A stretch of DNA of 20,000 bases from an uncultured virus (IMG/VR IMGVR_UViG_3300037294_000661) (IMGVR_UViG_3300037294_000661); one strand, 5' to 3'; numbered from the stretch's first letter, positions 6,406 through 15,757 are shown. Notes: generated by a model from the sequence alone, not told the origin. Numbers and translations are program-made.

Positions 6406-8694
6406 TCAGTCATCGCGGTACGGATAGCTGGAGTTGTAGGGCTTGGGTCTGAGGGACAGCCCCGTTAAACCGCGCACGCCACCGGTCAGTCGGCATTTCT
6501 CAAACTTGCGGGTCGCCATCAGTTCGGAGAAACGTTTCACCGATCCGACGAACTCGCCCGCGCGTTCGGCCCACTCGCGCCAGTCAGAAAACAGATCGGA
6601 CACGCCTTCGCGGCTGGTCTTGGCCAGCAGGCAGCGCTCCTCGATCCATTGCCCGAGCGCGTCCTCGGCCTCGAAATACTCCTCGGTCGCCGACACCACG
6701 CTGGCTGGCGGTTTCAGCCCTTGCTGTTGCCAGCGGCTGCATCCCTCGACCGCCCACGCCAAAATGCCATCGCGCTCCTTGAGCAGCTTGTCGGTGAGCC
6801 TGCCGTCCCGCTTTTCGGGCGGAATGGTGACCGTGAACGGAATCAGGTGCAGACGACGCTTCATCGCCTCGTCCACGTTGCGGATCGATGGCTTGTGGTT
6901 GCCCGCGATCACCAACTTGAACTGGGGCACGTACTCGAAGAAGTCCTGGCGCATGAAGCGCGCCGACACCTTGTCGCCGCCAGTGATCGCCTTGACCTTG
7001 GACTCGTTCCAGCGCCGACCCTGTTCGGTTTCGATGGAGGACACGAAGCGTGCGCCGCGCAGTCCGGCCAGATCGGTCGGGTGCCGGTCGTTGCGCGCGT
7101 CCATGAACGTGTCCATCGGCGCGTTGGCCGCGTAGTCACCGAGGATCGTGGTGATGACGTTGACGAACACGGACTTGCCGTTCGCGCCTGTGCCGTACAG
7201 GAAAAACAGCGCGTGCTCGCTGGTAATACCGGTCAGGCAATAGCCCACCATCAGTTGCAGGTAAGCGATCAGGTCGGCATCGCCACCGGTGACATCGGCC
7301 AGAAACCCATGCCACGTTGGACAGTCGCCCTTGGGGGTGGCCGTGCTGACCTTGGTCATGCGGTCGTCACGCCGGTGCTCGCGCATCCGGCCTGTGCGGA
7401 GATCGACCACGCCACCCGGGGTGTTGAGCGCCCACGTATCGGCATCCCATTCCTCTGCACTGGACGCGTGCTTTGGATCGGATCGGGCAATTTTCTCGAC
7501 CGCCGAAATGGTCGACGAGCTGGCGAGTTTGGCCTTCTGCCTTGGACTGTCTGCCTTGAGCGATGCGTTACGGCAGATGCCACGGGCCAGATGCGAGACG
7601 TAAAGCATCTGATCGGCATTCCAGCGCACGCCCGTCCACACCAGCCACTTGCCCCACAGCGCGCAGTAGCGCCAGTCCTGACCATAGCGACGGGTGAAGG
7701 CGGTCGACAGTCCGTCCTCGGTACTCCAGTCGATGCCCGTCAGCAAATCCGGCGGCGCAATATCCTCAACGGAGCGCATTACGGGCAATCGCTTACCAAC
7801 AGCAAGAAAGCCAGCCACGTCAAAACCATCAGGAATGGCGTCGGCAGCGTCCCAACCCTCGGGCTTGTCATCGGGTGGTACGAGGATGGCGACCGTGGTC
7901 GCACCGGCGTGCAAGATCGCCTGCGAAGCGCGGTCGGCGTAGTCCCAGCCCGGCGCATCCCGATCCGGCCAGATCAGCACCGACTTGCCTGCCAGCGGTT
8001 GCCAGTCCGTTTTATCGACCGGAGCGTTTGCACCATGCATTGCGGTGGTCGCCACCACACCGGCATCGATCAGCGCCTGCGCGCATTTCTCGCCTTCGAC
8101 CAGAACGATGTGGCTGGCAGCAAGCAAACCCGGCTGGTTGTACAGCGGGCGTGGCTCGGGCGGTGCCATCTTGCGGCGCTTGGCATCCCAAGGCCGGAAT
8201 TCCTTCTTCCGCCCCGGAGGATCGTACCGATAGACGACTGCGATCAGTTTGCCGGTGGCATCAAAATAGTCCCACTTGGCGGTCGCGGGGCCGAGATCGT
8301 CGGACGGCGGTGCTACCTTAGCTTTGCGCGCCGGTGTTGACCGCGCACGCCCAAGCAGATCACTGGCTTGCTGCAGCACCCTAGGAAAGTCGGCATGGAT
8401 GCTGGCTCCGAGGTAGGCCGCGATCAAATCGAAGATGTCGCCACCGTCGCCGTTCGCGCGATCCGTCCAGAGTCCGGCCTTGTCGCCGGTCAGCACCACC
8501 TCGAGGCTGTCGCCGGGACTGCCCAGCACATCGCCGATGAGAAACTTGCCCTGACGCTTTTTACCCGCTGGGAACATCGAGGTCAGTACCGACTCCAGTC
8601 GTGCGATCAGTTCCGCGCGAATCTCGTCGCGCTCGGTGTTAAGCCCGGCGTCCCGGTTTTCGATGGGCAGGGAGATGTCGTTGAAGTCGATCAT
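6406..8694 (-). CDS. Phage/plasmid primase-helicase, P4 family (Toprim + D5_N + SF3 helicase)
   Basis: Toprim motifs (LVEGEKCA, IWPDRDAPG, GWDAAD), LNTPGGVVDLRTG, Walker A YGTGANGKS, KAITGGD-x-VSARFM, GNHKP. Confidence 0.93.
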   Translation of the reverse strand: MIDFNDISLPIENRDAGLNTERDEIRAELIARLESVLTSMFPAGKKRQGKFLIGDVLGSPGDSLEVVLTGDKAGLWTDRANGDGGDIFDLIAAYLGASIHADFPRVLQQASDLLGRARSTPARKAKVAPPSDDLGPATAKWDYFDATGKLIAVVYRYDPPGRKKEFRPWDAKRRKMAPPEPRPLYNQPGLLAASHIVLVEGEKCAQALIDAGVVATTAMHGANAPVDKTDWQPLAGKSVLIWPDRDAPGWDYADRASQAILHAGATTVAILVPPDDKPEGWDAADAIPDGFDVAGFLAVGKRLPVMRSVEDIAPPDLLTGIDWSTEDGLSTAFTRRYGQDWRYCALWGKWLVWTGVRWNADQMLYVSHLARGICRNASLKADSPRQKAKLASSSTISAVEKIARSDPKHASSAEEWDADTWALNTPGGVVDLRTGRMREHRRDDRMTKVSTATPKGDCPTWHGFLADVTGGDADLIAYLQLMVGYCLTGITSEHALFFLYGTGANGKSVFVNVITTILGDYAANAPMDTFMDARNDRHPTDLAGLRGARFVSSIETEQGRRWNESKVKAITGGDKVSARFMRQDFFEYVPQFKLVIAGNHKPSIRNVDEAMKRRLHLIPFTVTIPPEKRDGRLTDKLLKERDGILAWAVEGCSRWQQQGLKPPASVVSATEEYFEAEDALGQWIEERCLLAKTSREGVSDLFSDWREWAERAGEFVGSVKRFSELMATRKFEKCRLTGGVRGLTGLSLRPKPYNSSYPYRDD

Positions 8695-8951
8695 TCGGCT
8701 CCCTCGTCTTGCGCTTTGCTGGCGCGTTGTTTGTCACCATCACCCTGCGGCGCTCTGCTGCTGGCCGCCCATGCGGAAAGTTCAGACATCCGGTAGCGCA
8801 CCAAGCCGCCAAGCAGGTAATGCGGGATGCGGTACTTGCTGCGCATCGTTTGATCGGCAAACCAGTAGTACGGCAGGCTCAGTGCTGCCGCCGCCTGCTT
8901 GGCGTCGATCATTGGTTCGTCGTCGGCAATGCCTGTGTTGTTGTCATTCAT
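8691..8951 (-). CDS. Small AlpA/excisionase-like HTH protein
   Basis: MIDAKQAAAALSLP...IPHYLLGGLVRYRMSELSAW; ATGA-coupled on both sides. Confidence 0.75.
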   Translation of the reverse strand: MNDNNTGIADDEPMIDAKQAAAALSLPYYWFADQTMRSKYRIPHYLLGGLVRYRMSELSAWAASSRAPQGDGDKQRASKAQDEGAE

Positions 8952-9685
8952 GATTGCGTTCTCCAGCAGCGGTCTTGCCACGCACACATCCGGCATTCAA
9001 AGTGGGTCTGGTCAGCGAAGGCGCGTGGCAGGAGTTCTGCTGCCTCGGTCGCCGTGATCACCTTCACCGCCCGATCCGACATGCGTTGGGCAAGGGCTGC
9101 ATCAAAGGGGACGAGCTCGACGTAGATCTCCATCGTGTCGGCGTTCACCGCCGTGAAAATCGCGGGGTGCTCGTGTAGTTCGAGATAGGCCTGATACAGC
9201 GCGACTTGCGCCGCGTAGACGGGCTTGGAAATGGCGAGCCGGTTCTTCTCCAGATCGCGCCACGACTTCGAGCCGAGGCATTTGTTTTCCCAAAGGGCTG
9301 GATAGGCGAAACCCTCGGGGCCACCGACGAACACGCCGTCGATGTGGCCCTGCAGGCGTCCGTCTGCCACCGAGAAACCAAATTGCTCGCCGTCGGCCTT
9401 GTGGGTGCGCAGATCGAAACCCGCGTCCCGCAGCCACCCGACCATGCACTCCTCGTTGACGTGGCCACGCTCGAAGATGCGCAATATCCGACCCTGCACG
9501 TCCCGCCCGTAGTCGACCGGTGCCTGCGCGTATTCGTATTGCAACGCTCGCTCGCAGGCCACACCCAAGCGGGATGCGCCAAGGTAGTGGCGTACCGTCT
9601 GCCGGGCACGCGCTCGTTGCAGACCGGCATCGACCAACACGCTGATTTGCCCGGCCACGCTTGCCGTGGAATTGAAGTCGATCAT
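8948..9685 (-). CDS. PD-(D/E)XK exonuclease, Cas4/RecB-like, with a four-Cys cluster
   Basis: ASRLGVAC, GHIDG, ENK, Q-x-x-x-Y (QVALY) and C-terminal CRMCAWQDRC. Confidence 0.8.
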   Translation of the reverse strand: MIDFNSTASVAGQISVLVDAGLQRARARQTVRHYLGASRLGVACERALQYEYAQAPVDYGRDVQGRILRIFERGHVNEECMVGWLRDAGFDLRTHKADGEQFGFSVADGRLQGHIDGVFVGGPEGFAYPALWENKCLGSKSWRDLEKNRLAISKPVYAAQVALYQAYLELHEHPAIFTAVNADTMEIYVELVPFDAALAQRMSDRAVKVITATEAAELLPRAFADQTHFECRMCAWQDRCWRTQS

Positions 9686-10158
9686 GGCTTGGTCTCCCAA
9701 GGCAGGTCGTCCTCAAGATCGGCGAACGGATTCGCCAGCGGATCGGGCGTGGAAGGCATGCCGCGCACCGGCGGAAACTTGGTCACCTCGTGGTGCTCGA
9801 CCATCGCCTCGGTGTAGCGGGTGACGATGGCGTCGATAACCCGCAGCGCTTCGGCTTCCGAGTAATCCCCGAGGGGCTTCGTGAAGCCAATTTCGCCAGC
9901 GGCTTCACCAAACGCCTTCAGGCACTTTTTCATCGAGGCGATCTCGATGTCAGAGGGATCGATCATCACGACCTCCTTGCGCTTGCCCGGCTCTTCCTTG
10001 GCTTTGAGCCAGTTGCCGTACATCGTGTGAAATACGTTCTGGCATCGTTGCGAGCAGAACACCCAGTCGATGGGGTAGCGCCGGGGATTGCCAACACCGT
10101 GTTGGTTGTCGGTGTGGCCGAATCCCCGCGCCTGACGTTTGCAGACCCAGCATTTCAC
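9682..10158 (-). CDS. DUF6511-like protein with N-terminal Zn-finger-like Cys motifs and an acidic C-terminal tail
   Basis: GTG start coupled to the upstream stop; CWVC...FCSQRC; ends PFADLEDDLPWETKP. Confidence 0.7.
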   Translation of the reverse strand: MKCWVCKRQARGFGHTDNQHGVGNPRRYPIDWVFCSQRCQNVFHTMYGNWLKAKEEPGKRKEVVMIDPSDIEIASMKKCLKAFGEAAGEIGFTKPLGDYSEAEALRVIDAIVTRYTEAMVEHHEVTKFPPVRGMPSTPDPLANPFADLEDDLPWETKP

Positions 10159-11009
10159 GCCACCTCCTCAAACTCATCGACCAGCAGACCGAGTTGCAGC
10201 GCGCCGCCCGCGAAGGCTGCCTCGCAACGCCTGCTGAAGTCGCGGTAGTTGGTCGAACAGCGCGCAATCGCCGTCACTGAGTGAATCTGCTGCTCCAGCC
10301 GCGCCAGTCCCTTTTCGGTCAGCCACTGGTGGTGCTTGTCGGAGAGGCGCTTGCGACTGCGAATCTCGTCGAGCAACTCCTCCGGCAAAACCGGCCCGTA
10401 GACCCAACGCTGCGTGATCTGGCCAAGTACGTGCGGTGGGTTCTGCGCGTGCCCCTGGTACTTCCAGCCAAACAGCCGGTAGATGGCGCGGTAGTAGTCG
10501 GCGTGAAAGCGACGCTCCCACGAGCAGCTGGATTGGCGCAGCAACTTGCTGATCAAATCCTGCAGCGCATCGGGTGCTCGGTGGTACTGGTAGCCCGTCG
10601 CCTCATCGATCAACGCGACCTCGCCGGTGGTGGCCAGGGCGTGCATGATCTTCATGCAGTTGGGAACGATCCCCTTGCGCGCCTTGTGCAGCGTGCCGGT
10701 CAGCGCCGAATTGACAACGGCAGAGGCCAGATCCGCAATGATTCCGGCCGGGAAGAACTGCGTCTGCCGACCGGACGGCAGCAAAATCGGCTCACGTGTT
10801 TTATCCAATTCCGACAATGAGTTAGGTGCGAAATCAGCCAAAAACCGGGCGAATCGGCCCCCCTTGTGTGTTTCGTGAAAACCGAGCAACTTGGCGAGCT
10901 GGCGGCGGACGTAGCCGCGTTCGCCTCCCTTGAGGACAACAGCTTCGCATTCCAGATCGCCGAAACGCACGACGCCGTAGTGGCTGGCAGTGAGGATGGA
11001 TGTGTTCAT
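10155..11009 (-). CDS. P63C-domain protein (phage Mx8 p63 C-terminal family)
   Basis: RBS GGAGG; ALIDEATGYQ and WERRF-x-x-x-YYRAIYRLFGW are characteristic of P63C proteins. Confidence 0.75.
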   Translation of the reverse strand: MNTSILTASHYGVVRFGDLECEAVVLKGGERGYVRRQLAKLLGFHETHKGGRFARFLADFAPNSLSELDKTREPILLPSGRQTQFFPAGIIADLASAVVNSALTGTLHKARKGIVPNCMKIMHALATTGEVALIDEATGYQYHRAPDALQDLISKLLRQSSCSWERRFHADYYRAIYRLFGWKYQGHAQNPPHVLGQITQRWVYGPVLPEELLDEIRSRKRLSDKHHQWLTEKGLARLEQQIHSVTAIARCSTNYRDFSRRCEAAFAGGALQLGLLVDEFEEVA

Positions 11010-11020
11010 GGCAATCCTCC

Positions 11021-11659
11021 TCACTGCGCCCATGACGGTTTGCCCGTCACGGATGCGCGTTGCGGAGCAGCAGCGGGAGCCTGATAGACCGGTGCTGCCT
11101 GAGCTGGAGCGCCGGAAGTGCCACCGCCCGGGTTTGCCTTGGGCGGCAAGCCCTTCAACTTGGCGTAGTCGGCGTGGTCAGGCTCGACCGCCACCTTGAC
11201 CACATTGCGATCCGCGCCCTTGGCGTCCTTTTCGATATCAACGCGAACGATGAATTCGATACCGTCCAGTTCGTGAAAGCCCTGGATGCGGCGGGCAGCG
11301 GCGGCCTGCGGTGTGTTGTCCTGCGGGTGGATATTGCGGGCACTGTTGAGCGTAGCGCGGATAAAGCTGCGCCCCATCTGACCCCACGTCGGCCCCTTCT
11401 TGGACTGCAGGCCAATGTTGCTCCACATCTTGCGTTTGGCATGCTCACCGTCGGTGACCACAAACTCGGCAGAGAGGTAAATCGACCCGGTGTCGAAGGA
11501 TTCGGTGGCGTAGCCGCCACCCCAACCCTGTTCTGGATCGTCGTAGCCACCGGGCTTGATGGTCATGCGCACCGGCACCACGGTGCCCTTGGGGATTAGG
11601 TCGAAGCCGGACTGCTGTGAGTCGGCGTCATTAAAGTCATTCCATGCGTTGGCAGTCAT
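11021..11659 (-). CDS. Putative phage ssDNA-binding protein (DUF669-like)
   Basis: Follows the Sak4-like ATPase; beta-rich core (FDLIPKGT, EFVV-x-x-G-x-HAKRK), Pro/Ala-rich linker and C-terminal KPSWAQ; RBS AAGGAG. Confidence 0.6.
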   Translation of the reverse strand: MTANAWNDFNDADSQQSGFDLIPKGTVVPVRMTIKPGGYDDPEQGWGGGYATESFDTGSIYLSAEFVVTDGEHAKRKMWSNIGLQSKKGPTWGQMGRSFIRATLNSARNIHPQDNTPQAAAARRIQGFHELDGIEFIVRVDIEKDAKGADRNVVKVAVEPDHADYAKLKGLPPKANPGGGTSGAPAQAAPVYQAPAAAPQRASVTGKPSWAQ

Positions 11660-11664
11660 TGCGA

Positions 11665-12510
11665 TTACTCCTTGGATTCTGTTTGGATGGGGGTGGCGGC
11701 GATGGCCGTCGGAGAGCCACTGGCGCACTTGGCGATCAGCGCGCCGAGATGCGGCGGCTCCAGCACGTCGAGACGACCGCTGCGGTCTTTGGCGGGGAAG
11801 CCGTAGGGATTGACGGTGTGGGTGACGAAGGCGCGATACGAGCTGCCGTCATCGGCCTTGAGCTCGGCCAGCGTCACGACCTCATCGACGATTCCGGGCA
11901 GCTCGAGGCTGGTTTTACTGCCCTCGATCTGGGGCACGAACACCTTGCGATTGAAGTCATCCAAGCGCTCGTCGAGGATGGCCACGAAGATCACGTTCTT
12001 GCCCCGGGCGTGCTGCAGATGGGTCAAGGCCCCGATCATTTCTTGGCCGAGCAACCCGTAGGCCGCACGAAGATCAGGCTTGCCGGAGCGGTCACTGACG
12101 GCACCCGGCTGTGACTTGCACCACGCAAAGCACTGCCGCGACAACTGCGTGATCGAGTCCAGGAAGAAGGTCTGGTAACGATCCAGTTGCGTGGCATCGC
12201 CAAACTTTTCGATGACGTGGTCGTAGTGCGCTTGCGAGAACGCGCTCTCGGCGGGCAGCGATTTGTCGGGGCCAGCGAGGAACACGAAGAAGTCACGACT
12301 CTCCGGCCAAGATGCTGGACGGATGGTGTCGCCCGGCCAGTCCGCCACCGAAAGATCGCCAGCCTCAATGTCGAGGAACAGCGTGGTGGCGGGGTCGAGG
12401 TCTTTGAGGCGGGTGGTTTTACCGATGCCAGACTTGCCCAGCAGCAAGAGCTTGACGCCCTTGCGCTCGGCCATGCGTTCGACGGCGGACACGATGGGGA
12501 GCTTTTTCAT
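11665..12510 (-). CDS. Sak4-like (AAA_24) phage recombination ATPase
   Basis: Walker A GKSGIGKT, LFLDIEAG, Walker B FFLDSIT, C-terminal AKDRSGRL. Confidence 0.82.
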   Translation of the reverse strand: MKKLPIVSAVERMAERKGVKLLLLGKSGIGKTTRLKDLDPATTLFLDIEAGDLSVADWPGDTIRPASWPESRDFFVFLAGPDKSLPAESAFSQAHYDHVIEKFGDATQLDRYQTFFLDSITQLSRQCFAWCKSQPGAVSDRSGKPDLRAAYGLLGQEMIGALTHLQHARGKNVIFVAILDERLDDFNRKVFVPQIEGSKTSLELPGIVDEVVTLAELKADDGSSYRAFVTHTVNPYGFPAKDRSGRLDVLEPPHLGALIAKCASGSPTAIAATPIQTESKE

Positions 12511-12989
12511 GGTGCATCCCCCTCGATGGTCAGCGTGAACGAGGGCTTGCCGGGTTCGACCGTTCGGGCGGCGGCGAACTGCTGCTGCAGTGCCGGTGGC
12601 CAGTTGGTGTAACGCGACTCGGATACGGCCAGCTTGACGTCGATGTAGCCTTCGACCTTCTCGCCGGAGGACACAATGCGTTCGGCAATCTCGGCCAACT
12701 GCTTCTGGTTCCAGCTGACCTTCTTGGGCATCTCGAACTTGATGTGCAGCGGGCCGTCGCTGATGTGGGCGGTGCCAAAATCGCGGCCGGAGTCGTGCAG
12801 TGCTGTGCGGCCCTGTCCGCCGAAGCGTTGATCCAATGCAGCATCAAGTTTGGTGCGCGTTTTCTTGGCCCAATCGATCAGGTGATCAAGGTTGGCGTCA
12901 GCCTCAGCCAGCTGGGCAGGCGGCAGGTTGGCCAGTTGGCTCACCGACATTTCGGCGAGGTCAGCGGGGAATACGGTCAGATCGCTCAT
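12507..12989 (-). CDS. Phage hypothetical protein of the recombination module
   Basis: 160-aa ORF, ATGA-coupled to the ATPase, with a plausible RBS (AAGGGGG). Confidence 0.75.
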   Translation of the reverse strand: MSDLTVFPADLAEMSVSQLANLPPAQLAEADANLDHLIDWAKKTRTKLDAALDQRFGGQGRTALHDSGRDFGTAHISDGPLHIKFEMPKKVSWNQKQLAEIAERIVSSGEKVEGYIDVKLAVSESRYTNWPPALQQQFAAARTVEPGKPSFTLTIEGDAP

Positions 12990-12999
12990 GGCCGCCCCC

Positions 13000-13263
13000 T
13001 TACTGGTATGCCCGAGCGAAGGTCGAGTAGCGCGAAACGCGCCGCTCGAAGGCTTCGACTTCGGAGATCAGGTAAGTGACACGGGCTCCCAGCTTGCAAA
13101 AGACTGGGCCCAAGGAATCTTGCCGCCAGCGGCGAAGAGTTTTGACGGAGAGCCCCCAGCGGGTAGCGAGCTCGTTTTCATCGATGGCGATGCGCGTGGC
13201 ACCGTCTCGAATGTTCCGGCGGTGTGGCCGACCGGATTCAACTGATGGGACTTGGTTTTGCAT
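13000..13263 (-). CDS. AlpA/excisionase-like HTH DNA-binding protein
   Basis: IDENELATRWGLSVKTLRRWR...GPVFCKLGARVTYLISEVEAFE; RBS AAGGAGG. Confidence 0.85.
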   Translation of the reverse strand: MQNQVPSVESGRPHRRNIRDGATRIAIDENELATRWGLSVKTLRRWRQDSLGPVFCKLGARVTYLISEVEAFERRVSRYSTFARAYQ

Positions 13264-13355
13264 TTCGATGTGCCTCCTTTATGAAATGGGCACATCGAAG
13301 TTTCCGCATGGATTTATGGGCGGTGTCTGGTTCCGTTTATGGTCAGATTTATGGG
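13264..13355 (-). promoter_or_regulatory. Regulatory leader of the AlpA-like gene: RBS-overlapping hairpin and TTTATG repeats
   Basis: Perfect 11-bp inverted repeat TTCGATGTGCC/GGCACATCGAA (13264-13274, 13289-13299). TTTATG(G) at 13278, 13313, 13336 and 13348. Confidence 0.55.
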
Positions 13356-14281
13356 TTGCGTCGCACTCGGTAACGCGCACGTCGCGCTTTTTCAATCACA
13401 TCTTCTCGGGCCTGTTGGCCACCGAAAGCGTCGTCGAACGACTGATAGCCGGTGTTGGCCAGCCCGTTAACCTCCGCCCACGACATTTCTGGTGGTGCCT
13501 TTCCTACGTCGCCCCACATCACTTTGATGATCTTTGCGCGTTCGGGAGCGAGCTCGCGCGACGAGACGAAATGTGGCAATTTCAAACGGTCGCCCTGAAG
13601 GAATTGCTCGGGCTCGGGGATGCCGTTGATCGTCAAGAACCCACGCAAAACCCGGTCGAAGGCGCTCGCGTCGAAAACGTCCTGCCCGTTTTCCACGCGA
13701 ATGAAATCGTTCAGGCTGCGTATGACATGGTCACGAGGCAGGTTGTCGCTGCTCGGTCGATGCCGCAGGAGCACACCACCGCGAGGCCACGCCGTGTCGC
13801 ACAGCACTGGCGTCGTTTCTGAGGCCGGTGCGCGCTCCCATAAACGCCCGACAAACACCGGCGCGAAATCATGGGTGCCAGCGATTCGCACATTACCGAG
13901 GTGCCAGAGGTGGTCTGGTACCCGAGTGCGCTGTTGCGATAGCTGTCGTGGCTCTATGCCGATCAGACTGCACAGATCGGTGAGCCACGTATCAATGCGC
14001 AGCGCGTAAAGCACGATGTCAGAGAGCGGGCGCGTGACGATTCGAGATCGCTGTTGGGGGCTCCGGTATCGGAACACGCCAGCGTCCTCGTCAATATCGG
14101 CCTCGACCTCTTCCTCCGAATCGAGGAAAGGCACCATCACGCGGGTCAGGTAGCCATCCTCAACCACCCACCGACGGCGAACAAATTCGGCTCGGTGGTG
14201 GCCGACGGTGGTGGAAATCACGCGCGGCTCGACGCTGCGCAAGCGCTCAATGGTGTTGAAATATTCCAAATACGCAGACAT
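13349..14281 (-). CDS. Hypothetical protein (310 aa), possible C-terminal winged-helix domain
   Basis: RBS GAGGAG before the ATG at 14281. The C-terminus (ERAKIIKVMW...MSWAEVN...FDDAFGG...YRV) looks wHTH-like by eye. Confidence 0.7.
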   Translation of the reverse strand: MSAYLEYFNTIERLRSVEPRVISTTVGHHRAEFVRRRWVVEDGYLTRVMVPFLDSEEEVEADIDEDAGVFRYRSPQQRSRIVTRPLSDIVLYALRIDTWLTDLCSLIGIEPRQLSQQRTRVPDHLWHLGNVRIAGTHDFAPVFVGRLWERAPASETTPVLCDTAWPRGGVLLRHRPSSDNLPRDHVIRSLNDFIRVENGQDVFDASAFDRVLRGFLTINGIPEPEQFLQGDRLKLPHFVSSRELAPERAKIIKVMWGDVGKAPPEMSWAEVNGLANTGYQSFDDAFGGQQAREDVIEKARRARYRVRRNP

Positions 14282-14291
14282 GGTGTGCTCC

Positions 14292-15728
14292 TCAGAATTC
14301 ACACAGGACGCCGAGCCGCGCCAATTGCTCGACCACGCGCTTGCGGTCATCCTCGGTCTTGCTCTTGTCATTCAGGCCGTTGGGCGACGTGATCTGGACG
14401 GCCACGTTGTGTGCTTTGCGGTGCGGTTGCTTTGCCATCCGGAAAACCAGCTTCACCTGCGACAAGGCATAGCCAGTCAGATCATCCAATCCGTAGTCGT
14501 CATAGGCGACTTGGTAGATGTGGCGGCTATCGCGCCGATCCCGACCAATCATCAGCGTGCTCGACAGGTGCTGGACAATGTCGCGCCCGTTGGCTTCGTC
14601 GATGGTGTTCTGCTCGAATGGGCGCGCGATCTTCACTTGCAAGATCGAGATCTTCTCCACGCCGTCGACGAGATGCTGTTCAAGGCGCTTGAGCATGGCG
14701 TGTGTGGAAAATCCCAGAAGATCGAACTCACGCATGGGCATGTCGTTGATCGCCCCCTCGCAGGCCAGTACGACATCACGGAAGATGGTGGCTAGGTCAC
14801 GGCGCGATTCCCTGTCCTCGCAGAACACGCCAAGCGCACCCGTGCCGGGTTCCCACGAGAAGATGGCCGACATGGCGGCGGGCTCTTCGTGGTCAATCAC
14901 TTCACCGTCGGCGACTTGTTTGAAATGTGCCGTCGAGCCATTGAAGGTTGCGGTGAGCGTATGCAACAGCACTGGCGTCGAATCGTCTGCGTCCTCCCCG
15001 CAGCAGCGATCCGCATGAGCGAGGTCGCGCCGCGTGAATTGCTCGATCAGAATCTGGTCGGCGGCCACCTTCGGATAGAGGGCTGCGATCCGGGTGCGCA
15101 GCAAATCCTGCACGTCGACGTCGACCTTGGGCTCGATGCCTTTTGGCCCGAGGTAATGGCTGGAAAAGTTTTCGCTCTTCCACTGCCGATGCATCACTTG
15201 CAGGCGCTCGGCGTGCTCAAAGCGGTGTTCGGCCTTGACGCCGTCCGATGGAAATTCCTGGAGAAGATGCAGGTGCAGCGCGCGGCTGTACCTGTCGGTT
15301 GGCACAACGAGTACCGCCGCGTCGCCATCATTCTTTTCCTCGAGCAAGGACTGGACGGCCTGCGCGCCGTACTCATCGTCCAGCAGTACCACCAGTTCAG
15401 CCGCACGCTCGATGCGCTGCTGTTTATCGGGCATGAGTTTGGCCACGACGTGAAACAGCGCCTTGCGCGCTGAAATCGGCAGCACCCCCTTTGCGACTTC
15501 GACCAGCGCCGCAATTTCAGGCAGCGTGGTGTCGGCGGCGCGCTCGACCAAATTCAAGATGAGTGCCGGTCGTTTCACCTTGCGGGCCAGGGTGACGAAA
15601 TGCTCCATGCAGGGGAGGACATCGGGGCCATCGTCCGATTGCCGGTTGCGCGCTTTCTTTGATGTCTGCTGATCTGCAGCCGACTCTTTTTGTTTTGCGA
15701 TGTTGTTTTGTTCGACTGCCGTCATCAT
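14292..15728 (-). CDS. Hypothetical protein (478 aa)
   Basis: Long ORF with RBS AAAGGA; no catalytic motif recognised. Confidence 0.75.
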   Translation of the reverse strand: MMTAVEQNNIAKQKESAADQQTSKKARNRQSDDGPDVLPCMEHFVTLARKVKRPALILNLVERAADTTLPEIAALVEVAKGVLPISARKALFHVVAKLMPDKQQRIERAAELVVLLDDEYGAQAVQSLLEEKNDGDAAVLVVPTDRYSRALHLHLLQEFPSDGVKAEHRFEHAERLQVMHRQWKSENFSSHYLGPKGIEPKVDVDVQDLLRTRIAALYPKVAADQILIEQFTRRDLAHADRCCGEDADDSTPVLLHTLTATFNGSTAHFKQVADGEVIDHEEPAAMSAIFSWEPGTGALGVFCEDRESRRDLATIFRDVVLACEGAINDMPMREFDLLGFSTHAMLKRLEQHLVDGVEKISILQVKIARPFEQNTIDEANGRDIVQHLSSTLMIGRDRRDSRHIYQVAYDDYGLDDLTGYALSQVKLVFRMAKQPHRKAHNVAVQITSPNGLNDKSKTEDDRKRVVEQLARLGVLCEF

Positions 15729-15757
15729 GAAATTCCTTTACTGAATGAAGTGCGCGA

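Noticed and set aside
6264..6413. N-terminal extension of the RuvC-like ORF (track start 6413)
   Set aside because: It is a translation of the palindromic origin-like DNA (VTDATD...VTSVT). The RBS supports a start at 6263.
7201..7216. AACAGCGCGT as a fifth motif copy
   Set aside because: It lies inside the primase CDS and lacks the CTTGGCTT half and any downstream gene start.
6649..8340. 563-aa plus-strand ORF, and similar long ORFs such as 2803-3615, 3285-4448 and 17840-18634
   Set aside because: These are antisense shadows of well-supported genes in GC-rich DNA, with no recognisable motifs.
8948..9685. Cas4-like nuclease as a sign of a CRISPR-Cas system
   Set aside because: No repeat-spacer array or other cas genes are present. 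Solo Cas4/RecB-like nucleases are common in phage recombination modules.
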